A stretch of 64,000 bases of DNA, from NCBI GenBank assembly GCA_051294375.1, contig CM119263.1, positions 27,200,219-27,264,218 on the forward strand, written 5' to 3'. The notes under the pieces were generated by a model. That model did no database searches. It was not told where the DNA came from and saw only the letters and a program-made list of their open reading frames with translations. Numbering within the stretch: position 1 is the first letter of the stretch; each line of letters begins with the position of its first letter. Positions 26,101 to 38,800 of this stretch are shown in pieces. This DNA comes from Paraspadella gotoi. Its lineage: Eukaryota; Animalia; Chaetognatha. The position numbers and the translations under genes are program-made.

Positions 26101-29100
26101 ACCAAACTTTCTTTCTTCTCTGCTGCTTCTCCTCTTCTTCTAATGCCTGCTCTCAATGCTCTCTCTCTCTCTCTCGTCTCTCTCTCATCTGCTGCGTCTC
26201 ATCTCTGTCTGCTCTCTGCTTTCCTCATCTCTCTTCTGTCACACACACAATATAGTCGCACATGCAATTGCAACGAGATGGTGCAGCGGCAAGCACTTCT
26301 CTCGCCGATTTCCGTCCGACCCCTTTTCACCGCCAGTTACTACGCCAATCCCGGCGCCCGCTCGGCCTACGGAATCTGCTCTCTTCTACCTGGATCCGAA
26401 GTAGAGATCTACTGGGGAAAAGTGAAGGAGCTTAACATTTTCTTTCGCTTGACGCGAGAGCAGGAAACGCCGCTGGAAAGCAACGCAGGATTCCTGCTGC
26501 GGCGTCCGGAGAAAAATAACATCGTTGAGATGCAAGTCGTCGGTGTGAGGAGGCTGTCCATTAAGGGGAGTGTGGTCTTAGTATACTAATCTAGTATACA
26601 TTTATCACTATTATGTATTTTGATTTTATTACTATATTAAAAAAAAAGAAATGGAATCTATAAAATAAGTTTAAACTAAGTTCCCGGCTTTGATCGATTT
26701 ACAATAAAATATTAGATAACCTATAAAACTGAATTGATTTTATTGTGCTTTAAGCCTCTTTTTCTACTTTAAGACCGCAGGATATACAAACGAATATCCT
26801 CCGGGAGTGAAAAACGAAACGCCCGTCTACGATCCTTATCATTGTCACGATCTTTGTTTCGCGCGGGAGATCGAACGGGAGAATTCCAATTGCGACTCTT
26901 TGCCTTCCAGACATTTGCAGTTGGTTTGGAAGAATGATTGGTGGCAGAGGCGCGCTGCGTATTGCGTCACCAACGAAGGGGACTTTCCGTTGCCTGCGTA
27001 TTGCTTGTGCAATAACTATCGAATATTTAATGTGGACGAATGCGTAAGAGGTGAGGAAATTTTTTTTTTAATTAACTTGACAGTTTTACAGCTTTCATAC
27101 GTTTGCCAAGTTTTTCTATTGATTATCGTAGTAATTCTGGACCATAAAAACATCTCCAAGTCGTGCATGGACGAATGTAAACCTTCATCGGTCATCGACC
27201 ACGTTCGATACAATCCGCTTATTTACGACAACAAATTCAGAGACGTCATTTGCCGCAAATTCTACGTTTGCTTCAACGACAGCCTCTCGCCCAACACCTT
27301 TATCGGGGTGCAGCAAGAAATCGATCTGGAGGAGATTATCAAGAAGCCGAAAATGTCGAGATCTGATTTGCTGGCGGCCATTGGTGGATATTTGGGTCTT
27401 TTGGTCGGAGTGTCGGTCATAACAATCGTTGAAGTTTTGGAATTTGTTACCGAGATGTTGAGAAGGGTTTTTGAAAAAAGGAGAGAGAGTAGCGGGAGCT
27501 TCGAAATTAATGGAGAAGAATAATATACATTAACTTATCCTACGATTTCAAAGTTCGTCTATACTTTAAGATTTTATTTCTAGCGCTTCAATGCAAAAAT
27601 CAGCAAAATCGTCGGCAGGCATTCCCCAAAAAAGTTTTTATGGCCGCAAATCACCAGCCTAAAATCGGCTTCTCGCGTAATCAAGTGCGCGCCTAGTGTT
27701 AAGGATTTCAATTTTGGTTGGCCAATAAGGATTATGTACTACGAGCACGTATGAGTAGTAATGCTCGATGCGGGCCGCAAGATTCAAATAAAAAACGCGA
27801 GCGAAGAAATGGAAGCACGGCGAATCGGAAAGATGCATGATATTTGCGAAATAAATATTTACTGATCTTAACAATATTAATTAATAATTGTTAATTTGCT
27901 TAAAAATTTATTTTATATTTTTATGGTTAAATCCTTGGATAGTAAAATAATGGGTGTTAATAATATGGTGGATATCTAAAATCGCACCAAACGCGTTCAT
28001 CAGCGGCATTGGTGCGCGAGGAGGCCAAGTCATTTGCTTCCCACCCAAAAGGTCGCGGGGTTCTAGGCCCGGTGGTCGTCGCTGGCAGTTAAGAGGGACG
28101 GGCGGCGCTTAACCTACCGCTTTGTAACTTGTGTTACAGCCTGATCCGATAGCTCAGGGACTGCTTATATAGAACGGTTCTGTCACTTAACACGAACACA
28201 TAAAATAAGTTACTGTCTCTTCAATCAATAACAAAATTATATGTATTCTCGCTGACCGGATGCTTACTGCAAACCAATGCAGAATATTTGAAAATGCTTT
28301 TGTGATTCATATCTCGAGGCAGGTTTATTTAATGAAGCTGATGCTCCAACAATTGAAAAAAATATATTCTGAGAGTATTTACAGCATCATATATATATAT
28401 AAATTAGATTCATTTCGCGTGAATCTATCACAAAGGAGATGAAAGCAGCAAACCAAATGATACAAGCAAAGGCAGTCCTCCTTTAATAATACCGGTTTAA
28501 CTGCAAAAAACAATAATAAAAGGTATGGGGGATTGAGTATGTATAAAAATAAAAAACATATAAAAGAAGTGTAGTGAAAAAAGTAATTTGTTGTATTTGT
28601 TGTACATAAACAAGAAATAGCTCATATGTAAATCAGCATAAGAAGCTAAAGTTTTTCATTATTTAAATTCTTATTTTTTCGAATTTATGCAAAAAAAGCT
28701 GAAAAGTTTGCCGGCAACAATTTTTTTTGATATGATAGTCTCTGAATGACAAAAGAGACTTTTTATTTCTAATTATTGCTGGCGCATGTCAATCAATAAC
28801 CTAGTTGCGCTACACTATAGTGTATGTGTTTCATGAAAAAAACATTTGTATTAATATTTTTATTAAATGTCAATTGGTTAAAAAAAATGCGAATTATTCA
28901 TAAATAAAATCATAGGCAAATTATTTAAAAAATACAAAGTTGCTGTCGGCTGGCGCCGTAGGAAAGAACCCGCGCGCAAGAGCGCCAATTGTTGGTAGAG
29001 CTGCCAGCCACTGAGGTGGGATTCGCGCAGCAGCTGTTTGTTGAAGGGCAGGAATTACACTGTACGCCGGACCCGCCACTATGATTGGATCCAACCGGGC

Positions 29101-32100
29101 ACAAACTATTTTTTAAAGAAAGTAGCTTATTGAAGAGCAAAACATTAAGTAAAGCGCAATCAGGCGTGCATGACTATTAAATAGCCGGGTTAAATCCACC
29201 TGGGAAAGTATCAATAGTGGTACGAACCGGTAAGCTTCGTAAGCCTGGGCGAAAGGAAAATCCCCAGGCCTAGTTCCAAAAAGCCTATGGTCCCAGTTCC
29301 ATTAGCTGCGAGAGAAGGTTAAGAATGTTGCAGGAAAGCACTTTCAGATCACAAGCAATTTTAATAATTGAATATTTCTGTAATAAATAAAAAATATTGT
29401 ATTTAAGAATGAAACGGCAACTAATCTAATCATTCTCAATAATTTTTTCGAATGCAAAGGAGACAAATCTAGGATTAACTTTGTTTTACGCTTGCAAAAC
29501 ATTTAAAATTGTGCATTTAATATTAATAATTAGCATTGCATTGCATTAAGATTAAAAAATTTTTTAATTTAATTACTTTCAATGATGGGTGGAAAGCAAT
29601 GATTTTGATTGAGGGCCACCTTGTTTGATAGTATGACGGTGCCACCCAGATTCACCGAATGCCAAACATCTGAGTTCCGTTTGATCATTTGCTATTTTGA
29701 AATTTTCTAACAATGAATGAACAAATATAATAACATTCAGTCAGTTTAAGAGTTAAGACTAAACTTTCATTTCATTCCGCATTTGAAATCCGTGGGAGTT
29801 TGGTTACCGCCATAATGCCGAGAGCATGTTTGGTTGTGGGAGGGCTTCAGGAAAAGGCAGGGGCTCCTTGTCGCCGGCCACCCAACGGGTTTCGAAGCTA
29901 AACAGAGAGATTGGAAAATGTATTCCTTAGCGCTTGGCATTTAAGTTTGGAGACCGCTTCGTATTTCAATTAGCGCTCGTAAGAAAGTGGGTGGTGCTGC
30001 TTGAAGATGATAGCTCCCTGGAACGGGAAAGAACAACTGAACGTCAAAAGCAGACTTTATGGCCGTAAATCCTAATCTTACTATACAAATTAACAAAAGT
30101 TAAATATTCTTAAATCTTTAAGCAGCTAAAATTTTACTTTCGACCGACATGGGAATATATAAAGTCTATTAAAAAAATTAATTTAAAGAAAATAATTTAT
30201 TGGATGCGAAAAGATTATTTTAGTGTCAACTAGAAAATGTTTTTAGTATTTTTAGTGGGCTACACGGAGTTTAACGCGTGCGGCGGTATGCGCCTCGAAA
30301 TTTTCTACGTGAGTCGCTTGCCAAAAGATTATGAAGAGAAAAGTGCGCATTATCAATATTAATCTTTATTTAATTCCATGCGAACAAACATGCGTAATAA
30401 ACGGAAGTTTCCGTCCGGGCGAATATGATATAGTGAGTATTTCATTAGCAAACCATAAAGACAAACGTTATCTCTGCTGAATACGAGGCTTTGATGGTCG
30501 GCTTCAGCTAAAAGAGCCGGAACAAAAAATAATTCGCAAGTCATGCTGTACAGTCCCTGGTTCAATATAAAATAGTTTATTGACAACTTTGAAAGATAGA
30601 AATGACACGATGCTTGCCGTAAATATAAACACAATTATTTGGTTGGTAGCAATGTAAACCCGGCTAAGTAAAAAAATATTAAAGTCCATGACGGGGTACA
30701 CATAAAATTTTAAACAGCTAAAAATATAGGCACAACTATGCGCTTAAATTATTTGAAAAAGTAGCTTATTGATTAACCCATCCTTGGGCGTTTGATAATT
30801 TTCAGATTTTGGTCGCTCCGATACGAAGGCATCATGAAGAGTTGTGTGATGGAGTCCGTTACAGGCTATTCAACGAGTGCTCGCGAGCGACAATTTTCTC
30901 CAATTGCGCTGTCGCCAATCGCAGACACCGGAAGCAGAAGATTGTTATGAAAAAGCATAGTCTTTCTTAGTCGCCGCTAAACCAGTACGAAAGGCCAAGC
31001 AGGCAGAGACGTGATGGTCTTCCTCACAAAAGGATGCACATGAGCTTATCTTTTATGAAGTAACATGAATAGAATAATGGCGTATAGGCTTGACGAACCT
31101 CATTCCCGATGGCTTGATGCCAAAAGAATTGTTCATAGTTGACTAAACAGTCGCCGATTGAGCCGCCGGTGCACTCGCACGGTACACTCTCACGCAGAGG
31201 CAGCTGGCCGTAGGCTCTCGCCGACGGACTTGACAGGACTCGCGCAACTGGAGTCGCCGAATGAAGAAAGTTGCCTTCATGGTGACATTACGTTTTTTGA
31301 AAGTAAAATATTGAGATGAGTAAGATTTTCTTTGTCTTGAAAAGTGGTTGGTAAGCTTCATCTAATTTTACAGGTGCGAGCTCAAGACTTTTAAAATTTG
31401 CGTCGACGATCATTATTATTCGCGCCGAATTTCCATTTTTTTAAAGTTATTGATGGACGCACGCTACGGGCAAAGCGTTTATGCCGTTTTTAGTGTAGTC
31501 AATGTTTTTAGTAAATTTCTATGCCTCACGGAGCTGAACCGTTGGCGTTGCGCCCGTCAAAATATGCTAAGCAATGAGTCTTGGCAAATAATTATGAAGA
31601 AAAAAGTCGCATTTTTAATATTATTAATATTATTATACCTTTATTGTAATATCCATCGGAAAAACTCGTAAAAAAACGGAGTTTCCTCCGGCGGAAAAAG
31701 CGAATATTAGTGAGATTTCATTAGAAACTAAAGCGCCGAACATGCCCTTATGTAAATAAAATCGTTGGTTGACACTGGAAATAATTTTTGCATACAATTA
31801 CATTACACAACGAAAAGAATAGTTAAAAACACAAATTATTTATTTAAAAAAAAAAGGATTAAAAAAATTATTACCTTATATTATCCTAACCCTAAAAACT
31901 CTTAACCGCTATTCACGTGCTCGCTAAACTATACCACCCTAAATTCGAAAGTAAAATTAACACATTACATCCTGAATGAGGTAACATAAAAAATAAAATT
32001 GAGATGTAAGTAAAAAAAATATTCACCACACCTTGTTTTCAGTGCTGTGTCCTCTCGGTGATGGTGATGGTATAATGAGTATTTTTAATTGCAAATACAG

Positions 32101-35100
32101 AGCAAGAATAATACTGTATTCAAATTATCAGCTAGAAGATAATAATAATTAATTATTTCTTGACAAAATTTCGTTCAAGATGTGGCAACGACCGTTGCTA
32201 TAAAGAAACCCAGTGGTGAATGTCGCGTTCAATAAGTCGCACCAGTGGTCCATATACACCGAAAGAATTCGCAATCAACAAAAGACAGAGGCGAGCCAAC
32301 AGCCATGGGCATTAGAAGTGGAGCACTCAAGAAGCAAAAAATTATTTGAAATGATCGAACAATTGATATTAGAAATGTGAGATAGTAAGATTGACTAGTA
32401 CTAAAAATATTTTAGTTGCAATGATTAATGTTGGTGACAGAAACTGTTATTTTAATAGATTATATAAGTATATCATGAATTATATGTTATATGTTCACAT
32501 TATTCAGGCCTTATATATAAAATTAAGCTGGGAATAATAAAATTTTAAAAAATAATTTTTTAATACTTTTAATAAAGATTCAGATTCTCATAAAAAAGTT
32601 GAATCAAAAAATATAAAAACATGTTATCAAAAATTCTGTCATCTTTTTAAAATAAGAAAAAAGGTGAAAATTCTGACTTTTTTTATTATGCTGTATAGAA
32701 ACTTATATATGTTAAAACGTTTTTAGTCATTTTTTGTGATCTAAAACATTACAAATAATGCTTATAACATATTTATAAGAGTTCTTTATATTTTTTATAG
32801 AGCGATCCAAATCAGTTCTTAAAAATAAAAAAAAATTTATTTGAAATTTGACAGATTTTATATGGGGAGGATATTACTACATAAATAATTGAATTTGCTA
32901 TACTGTATATGCTAAAAAAAATTTTAAAAGATTTAAAATTAGCACATTAATTATATGTTCCATAGGCAGCAAAAAAATAATGTTCACATACAAGCCAATC
33001 TTTTCATCACTCCACTCTAATGGCCATGACACGAGGCTTTCGAAGCGTACAAAAGAAACTAATAAGCCCAGCAAATTCAATACGGCCCCAGTGAGCATAA
33101 ACAAAGAATCTTAAGCGGATTTAAATCGTAGGAAATCATGAATTTGCTTTCTCTTTGATTAATATTAATTATTCAAATTTAATTTCGCGCTCCCCCACAA
33201 AAAGAAAGTCAAAACGCCTATATCTAACCAGCTGAATAAACATTGAAATCCTCTATCTCATAGGGCAGCAGGGTATAAAATACGACTGACAAACCAGTAT
33301 TATTTGATTGCTTAAATAAGCAGCAGCTTGCTAAGAATTTACAGATGTCATTAAATATCGAATTGAAGCCAAGACAGTGGTCTATCAATAATCTGTAGGG
33401 CCATAATTACCTTTATGTTTTAATTATGAGATACGACAATAGGGAAAGAAAGACATTTTAAAAAAAAGGCAGAAACCTTGTCCTCATTTAAATTGAACTT
33501 TTAATATTAATGTTAAATATATTTCTCATGCGCTCCCATCCCCAGTGTCTTCCCAAGACCCCAGGCTTTTGAAATAAGCCCATATTGCAACACTTGTAAG
33601 TGGGCTTTGACTATATACTTTTGATGGAACCATTTTTTAACGGAAATGCGATCGAAAAAAAATCTGATTAATTAACTCGAGCGCGAAATCGTCTCCTCGC
33701 TAGCGGGAGCTTCGAATTAATCGAGAGAATAATGATACATTAAATTAATCCTACGAATTTCAAAGTTTGTCAATACTTTAAGATTTTATTTTATTTACAT
33801 TCACAATGTTACAAGCACATACGGCACAGTTTGTAATTGATAAAAATAGTATTTGCTGCTGAAATTAATTTTTAAATTGAAACACAAATAAATACACCGC
33901 TTTAAGTTTAGAGCTCATTCATTTTTGGCGTTTAAAAAGCGATTTGAAAACGTTTACTTACACGCCTGATATTTCTCCCCCTCTACCCTACCGATCTACC
34001 ACTTCTCCATTTTCAAGGCGAAACTCTGCTTCCCCTTTTCATTTCATTCTTTCAATATCGTTTCCGGGTTTTTCGAAGAAGAAATAAAAATTCGCTTGCG
34101 TCACCAAAGATCGTATTAAAATCCGTTACACTAGATGGCAAAACACGGGCGGTTAAAATTGAATTTAATATTTGCATTTGAAATGGAAATCTAGACTCGG
34201 AACAGAAAGGAAACATCGGAACAACTGCCATTCCTAGTTCTTTTCTTTTCACTGGGACGGGNNNNNNNNNNNNNNNNNNNNNNNNNNNNNNNNNNNNNNN
34301 NNNNNNNNNNNNNNNNNNNNNNNNNNNNNNNNNNNNNNNNNNNNNNNNNNAATTGGCTGGAGCTAGAGAGTTGGAAACACCGCAAAGGCAGAAGATTATG
34401 AGGTGGAGTCGGAATAGAATAACAAAGAATTGCCGCAATACGATCCGGATTCAATGAAAAAAATGGAATCTGTCGGAGAAAGGAAAGCTGCTTGCGACGT
34501 GGAGCTGGTAGAGGAAAAGGGAGAGCTCGTGGAAAGCGGTGGGTCGCTTGTCACGTAGAGATTGCGCCCCCCTCCATCCCCGACGCCATCGAGCGCTTCT
34601 CATACACTCGGGTTTTAATTAAAGAAACAATCAAATCCGTTGATTAACTCCCTGGCGCTCATTAGTCTACTGGCTGAAGATGATAATTACCATGTCTGGG
34701 GGAATGGGGNNNNNNNNNNNNNNNNNNNNNNNNNNNNNNNNNNNNNNNNNNNNNNNNNNNNNNNNNNNNNNNNNNNNNNNNNNNNNNNNNNNNNNNNNNN
34801 NNNNNNNNNNNNNNNNNNNNNNNNNNNNNNNNNNNGAGAGATAGAGAGAGACCAAGATTCTTCATTCGTGAGACGATGGAATCGGAATTCAAAGAGATTT
34901 AAAACGATTGCTTTTTGGCGACGAATCCTGGCGGCCATTAAATTCTTTACTCGATTCGCTTCTCTTTTTTAAAGTTATATAAAATCTTTTTCGCTAAAAT
35001 TTAACTATTAAAATTTTGTCATAATATAATTATTTTAATTTATTTATTTTTTATGTTTGAATTTTTAAAAATTATAATTTTATTTAATTAAATTGTTTTA

Positions 35101-35830
35101 ATATTATAATATTAAATTTTTATTTAACGATGATTAAGTATTAGGTAAAACAGTCGGCAATGCCAACCGTGACCCAAAAACCTCTCCTTTCTCCCCAATG
35201 CTCTTTCTCTCCCATCTCCTCGCCGAAAAATCGTTTTCCCGCCAAACCTCGTCACGGCTTTTATCTTCGCCTCGTTATCGCGAATCGAAAAACATTTGAA
35301 ATTCAAGTTGGACTCGATCGCTCTTCCTCATCACCTTTTTCCTTTTTTTTTTTTCCACAATTTTACTTTCTTTTCCTTTCTTTTTCTCTCTTTTTTCTTT
35401 CCTTTTTTTTATTTTCGTGATTTCTCCCCCACTCCTTCATTTTCTAAGGGTTTCAACTCCTTTCCCGACAACGCTTCATCACACCGAAACTCGCGTCCTT
35501 AAAACATTTTTTTTCTTTTTTTTTCCCTTTTTTTCTTTTTTTTTTCTTTTTTTCCTTTTTCCTTTTTTTTCTCTTTTGATTTTTTCTTTCTCTCACATCC
35601 TTCATTTTCTTTTTTCGTCCCTNNNNNNNNNNNNNNNNNNNNNNNNNNNNNNNNNNNNNNNNNNNNNNNNNNNNNNNNNNNNNNNNNNNNNNNNNNNNNN
35701 NNNNNNNNNNNNNNNNNNNNNNNNNNNNNNNNNNNNNNNNNNNNNNNNNNNNNNNNNNNNNNNNNNNNNNNNNNNNNNNNNNNNNNNNNNNNNNNNNNNN
35801 NNNNNNNNNNNNNNNNNNNNNNNNNNNNNN

Positions 35831-35862
<32 letters not shown>

Positions 35863-38800
35863 ATTTTTTCCTTATTTTCTTCCTTTTTTTCTCCTTTTTC
35901 TTGTCAAAGAAGAATCCCCGTCTGATTTGAATTTCCCAAGACGCCGCTCTTTTCCCCGGATGTAAATGGCTTTCCTATCTCCCCGGATGTAAATAAATGG
36001 TGTGTAGTTTAATTCCAAATGTAGATGAGGAACATTATGAGGTTTTCTTGCTTCTCTCTCTCGTTTTTTCTTTCCGCTGACTGCGCCGTTTCCCCCGCTT
36101 ATCTTTTTGACAGGGTGAGAGGGAGAGTNNNNNNNNNNNNNNNNNNNNNNNNNNNNNNNNNNNNNNNNNNNNNNNNNNNNNNNNNNNNNNNNNNNNNNNN
36201 NNNNNNNNNNNNNNNNNNNNNNNNNNNNNNNNNNNNNNNNNNNNNNNNNNNNNNNNNNNNNNNNNNNNNNNNNNNNNNNNNNNNNNNNNNNNNNNNNNNN
36301 NNNNNNNNNNNNNNNNNNNNNNNGGCTTTCCCCGCAACCGGATCATTTCTTGACACGAATCTTCTCTCTCGCGCTCCATTTGCGTCAGAAGTGAATTCAC
36401 GTTTCCGGTGACGAATTCGATTTCGATGACGCGTGAACTCGAAATGTGAAGCTTTTTCACGACGCGAATCGACGGAGATTCAAGTTACGGAGAGAAGAAG
36501 AGAAAATTGCCCTTTTTTGTTGTTGTTGTTGTGTTTGGGAGAAAAGGTTTCGTCGTCATGGTGATTTGTCAAGAAATTTGGGGGGGGGGTTGAAACGGAG
36601 AGACTGATCGAGGTGAGTTTTTCGTTCGTGTTAAATAAAACTTACGCTAGCCCAGATCTTCATGTACTTAAAGTTTAGTTTAACGAAGTTGTAAAACAAT
36701 AAATTTAATGGGACATTGAGTAACCCGTTAAATCATATATTTTTATACATATTTAGTACACAGCACTAATACTTATTCGACTCCAATTGTCCCTTGGAAC
36801 AAAAGTGGAGTCGAAAGAAAGAGAGAAAGAGAAGAAAGATAAAAGAAAAAATAATAGAATATGAACGAATCGAAAATAACAAAACTCTTGAGCTAAATTT
36901 AATCTTTTTTACAGTTTTTTCTCTCTCTTTTTTTCTTTTTATCTTTTTCTCCTTTTCTCCTTTTCTCCTTTTCTCCTTTTCTCCTTTTCTCCTTTTCTCT
37001 TTTTCTCTTTTTCTCTTTTTCTCTTTTTCTCTTTTTCTCTTTTTCTTCTTTTCTCTTTTTCTCTTTTTCTCTTTTTCTTCTTTCGAGTTTTAGGTTTTGA
37101 AAAGTGAAAACATAACAAAAACGAAAAAATTGGCCCTGGATTTTGTCGCTCGTTTTGTGGCGAGAGAAATTTGAAAGATGTTTACGAAAAGATTTCGAAT
37201 CGGGGGCGGACGACGACGACGACGATGACGACCAAAATAATGACAGAGATAGAAATATAACCAAGATGAGATGAGCCGAGGTAACACGAGATGAAAAGGC
37301 GACATCGAGAGCAAATGAGGATCAATAAAGAGGAAGACGCGACGGACGACAAACACGGAACGACAAGCGACGACGACAAACACGATGACGAACGACGACG
37401 CACGACAAGCGAAGAAATGAGGACTGTAGAGAGTCGGTGCGTCGAGGAAAAGGCGACGTCTCGAGAGATGAAGTTTATTATGATATGGAATCGAAAAAGA
37501 GAGAGAGGAGAGGAGAAACGAGAGAGAGAGAGAAGACGAGGAGGAGAGAGAGAGAGAGAGGAGAGAGAGATTGAGAGAGAGAGAGAAGAAGAACAAAAAA
37601 ACGAAACCAAATGAGAACCGTAACAATCTATTTTTATGACGAGCGAATCTGGAAGAACAAAAAAAAAGTGAAAACAAAAACAACGGAGAAAAAAGCGAGA
37701 GAGAGAGGAGGACAGGAGAGAGTGAGAGACGGATGAGAGAGAGAGAGAGAGTAGAGACGAGAGAGAGAGAGAGAGAGAGAAGAGAGAGGAGAGATTCGCC
37801 CCGACCCACGACGCTTATGTTAGTCCTCTTNNNNNNNNNNNNNNNNNNNNNNNNNNNNNNNNNNNNNNNNNNNNNNNNNNNNNNNNNNNNNNNNNNNNNN
37901 NNNNNNNNNNNNNNNNNNNNNNNNNNNNNNNNNNNNNNNNNNNNNNNNNNNNNNNNNNNNNNNNNNNNNNNNNNNNNNNNNNNNNNNGAAAAAGGCATTT
38001 TTCGTTTTTCAACCCCGGTGAAACGAATTTCCATGGAATAAATCTTCGGCGCGGGGATCCACTCCAAACCCGAATGCAAATCGGTGAAAGGGGAGGGGTG
38101 GAAGAGGGGGAGAAAGTGTGGGTTGTGGAAGAGACACTGTGAATCTTGTGTGGTTGAATTGTGGAGATGTGGGTTAAATTATCCTCGGTTTTGGAGACAA
38201 AGGGATGGAAGAGAAAAGGAAAGAAGGGGAAAGGGAACTTCGCCGAGAAGGATTTGTTTCCTATCACAAAATCTAATTCTTTGTCATTTCTGTCAGCTTT
38301 GTGTCATAAGATTCTTTTTTTTTTGAAATATTTTTAAAATAGTTCATGGATGGGGTATTTTGTGTTGTATTAGTTTCAACTAACGTCATGTCACCCATAA
38401 TATCATGTTTAGATTTTGTTTGTTATAATTTGTTTCAAACAAACATCATCACCGTCCGCTCCGTCAGAATTTTTCATATCATTTTCTGTCACGTGAATAT
38501 CTGTCACTTCACGATTCTCGCTTTCTCTGTCACGAGACACTGAAATCTAATCTGTTTTTCGCGGAAGAGAAATTTCAACTTCGCGCCATTCACGTTTCCG
38601 GACATTTCTTTCTTTTTTTCTTCTTTTTTCTTTTTTCTTTCTTCCTTTTTTCTTCCTTTCTTTTTACCTTTTTTTTCTATTCCTTTTTTTCGTATTTTCT
38701 TTTCCATCTGTCTTTTTTTTTCTCTGCCAAATCCTCAAAAACTTTAAATGTCACCTCTTTTTCCTTTTTTCGCTTCTGAATTTTCATATTTCTTTCTTTC

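Noticed and set aside
27580-33700. Helitron interpretation because of CTAG at the junction
   Set aside because: No A/T insertion site, subterminal hairpin or Rep/helicase remnant seen, and Helitrons do not make target duplications.
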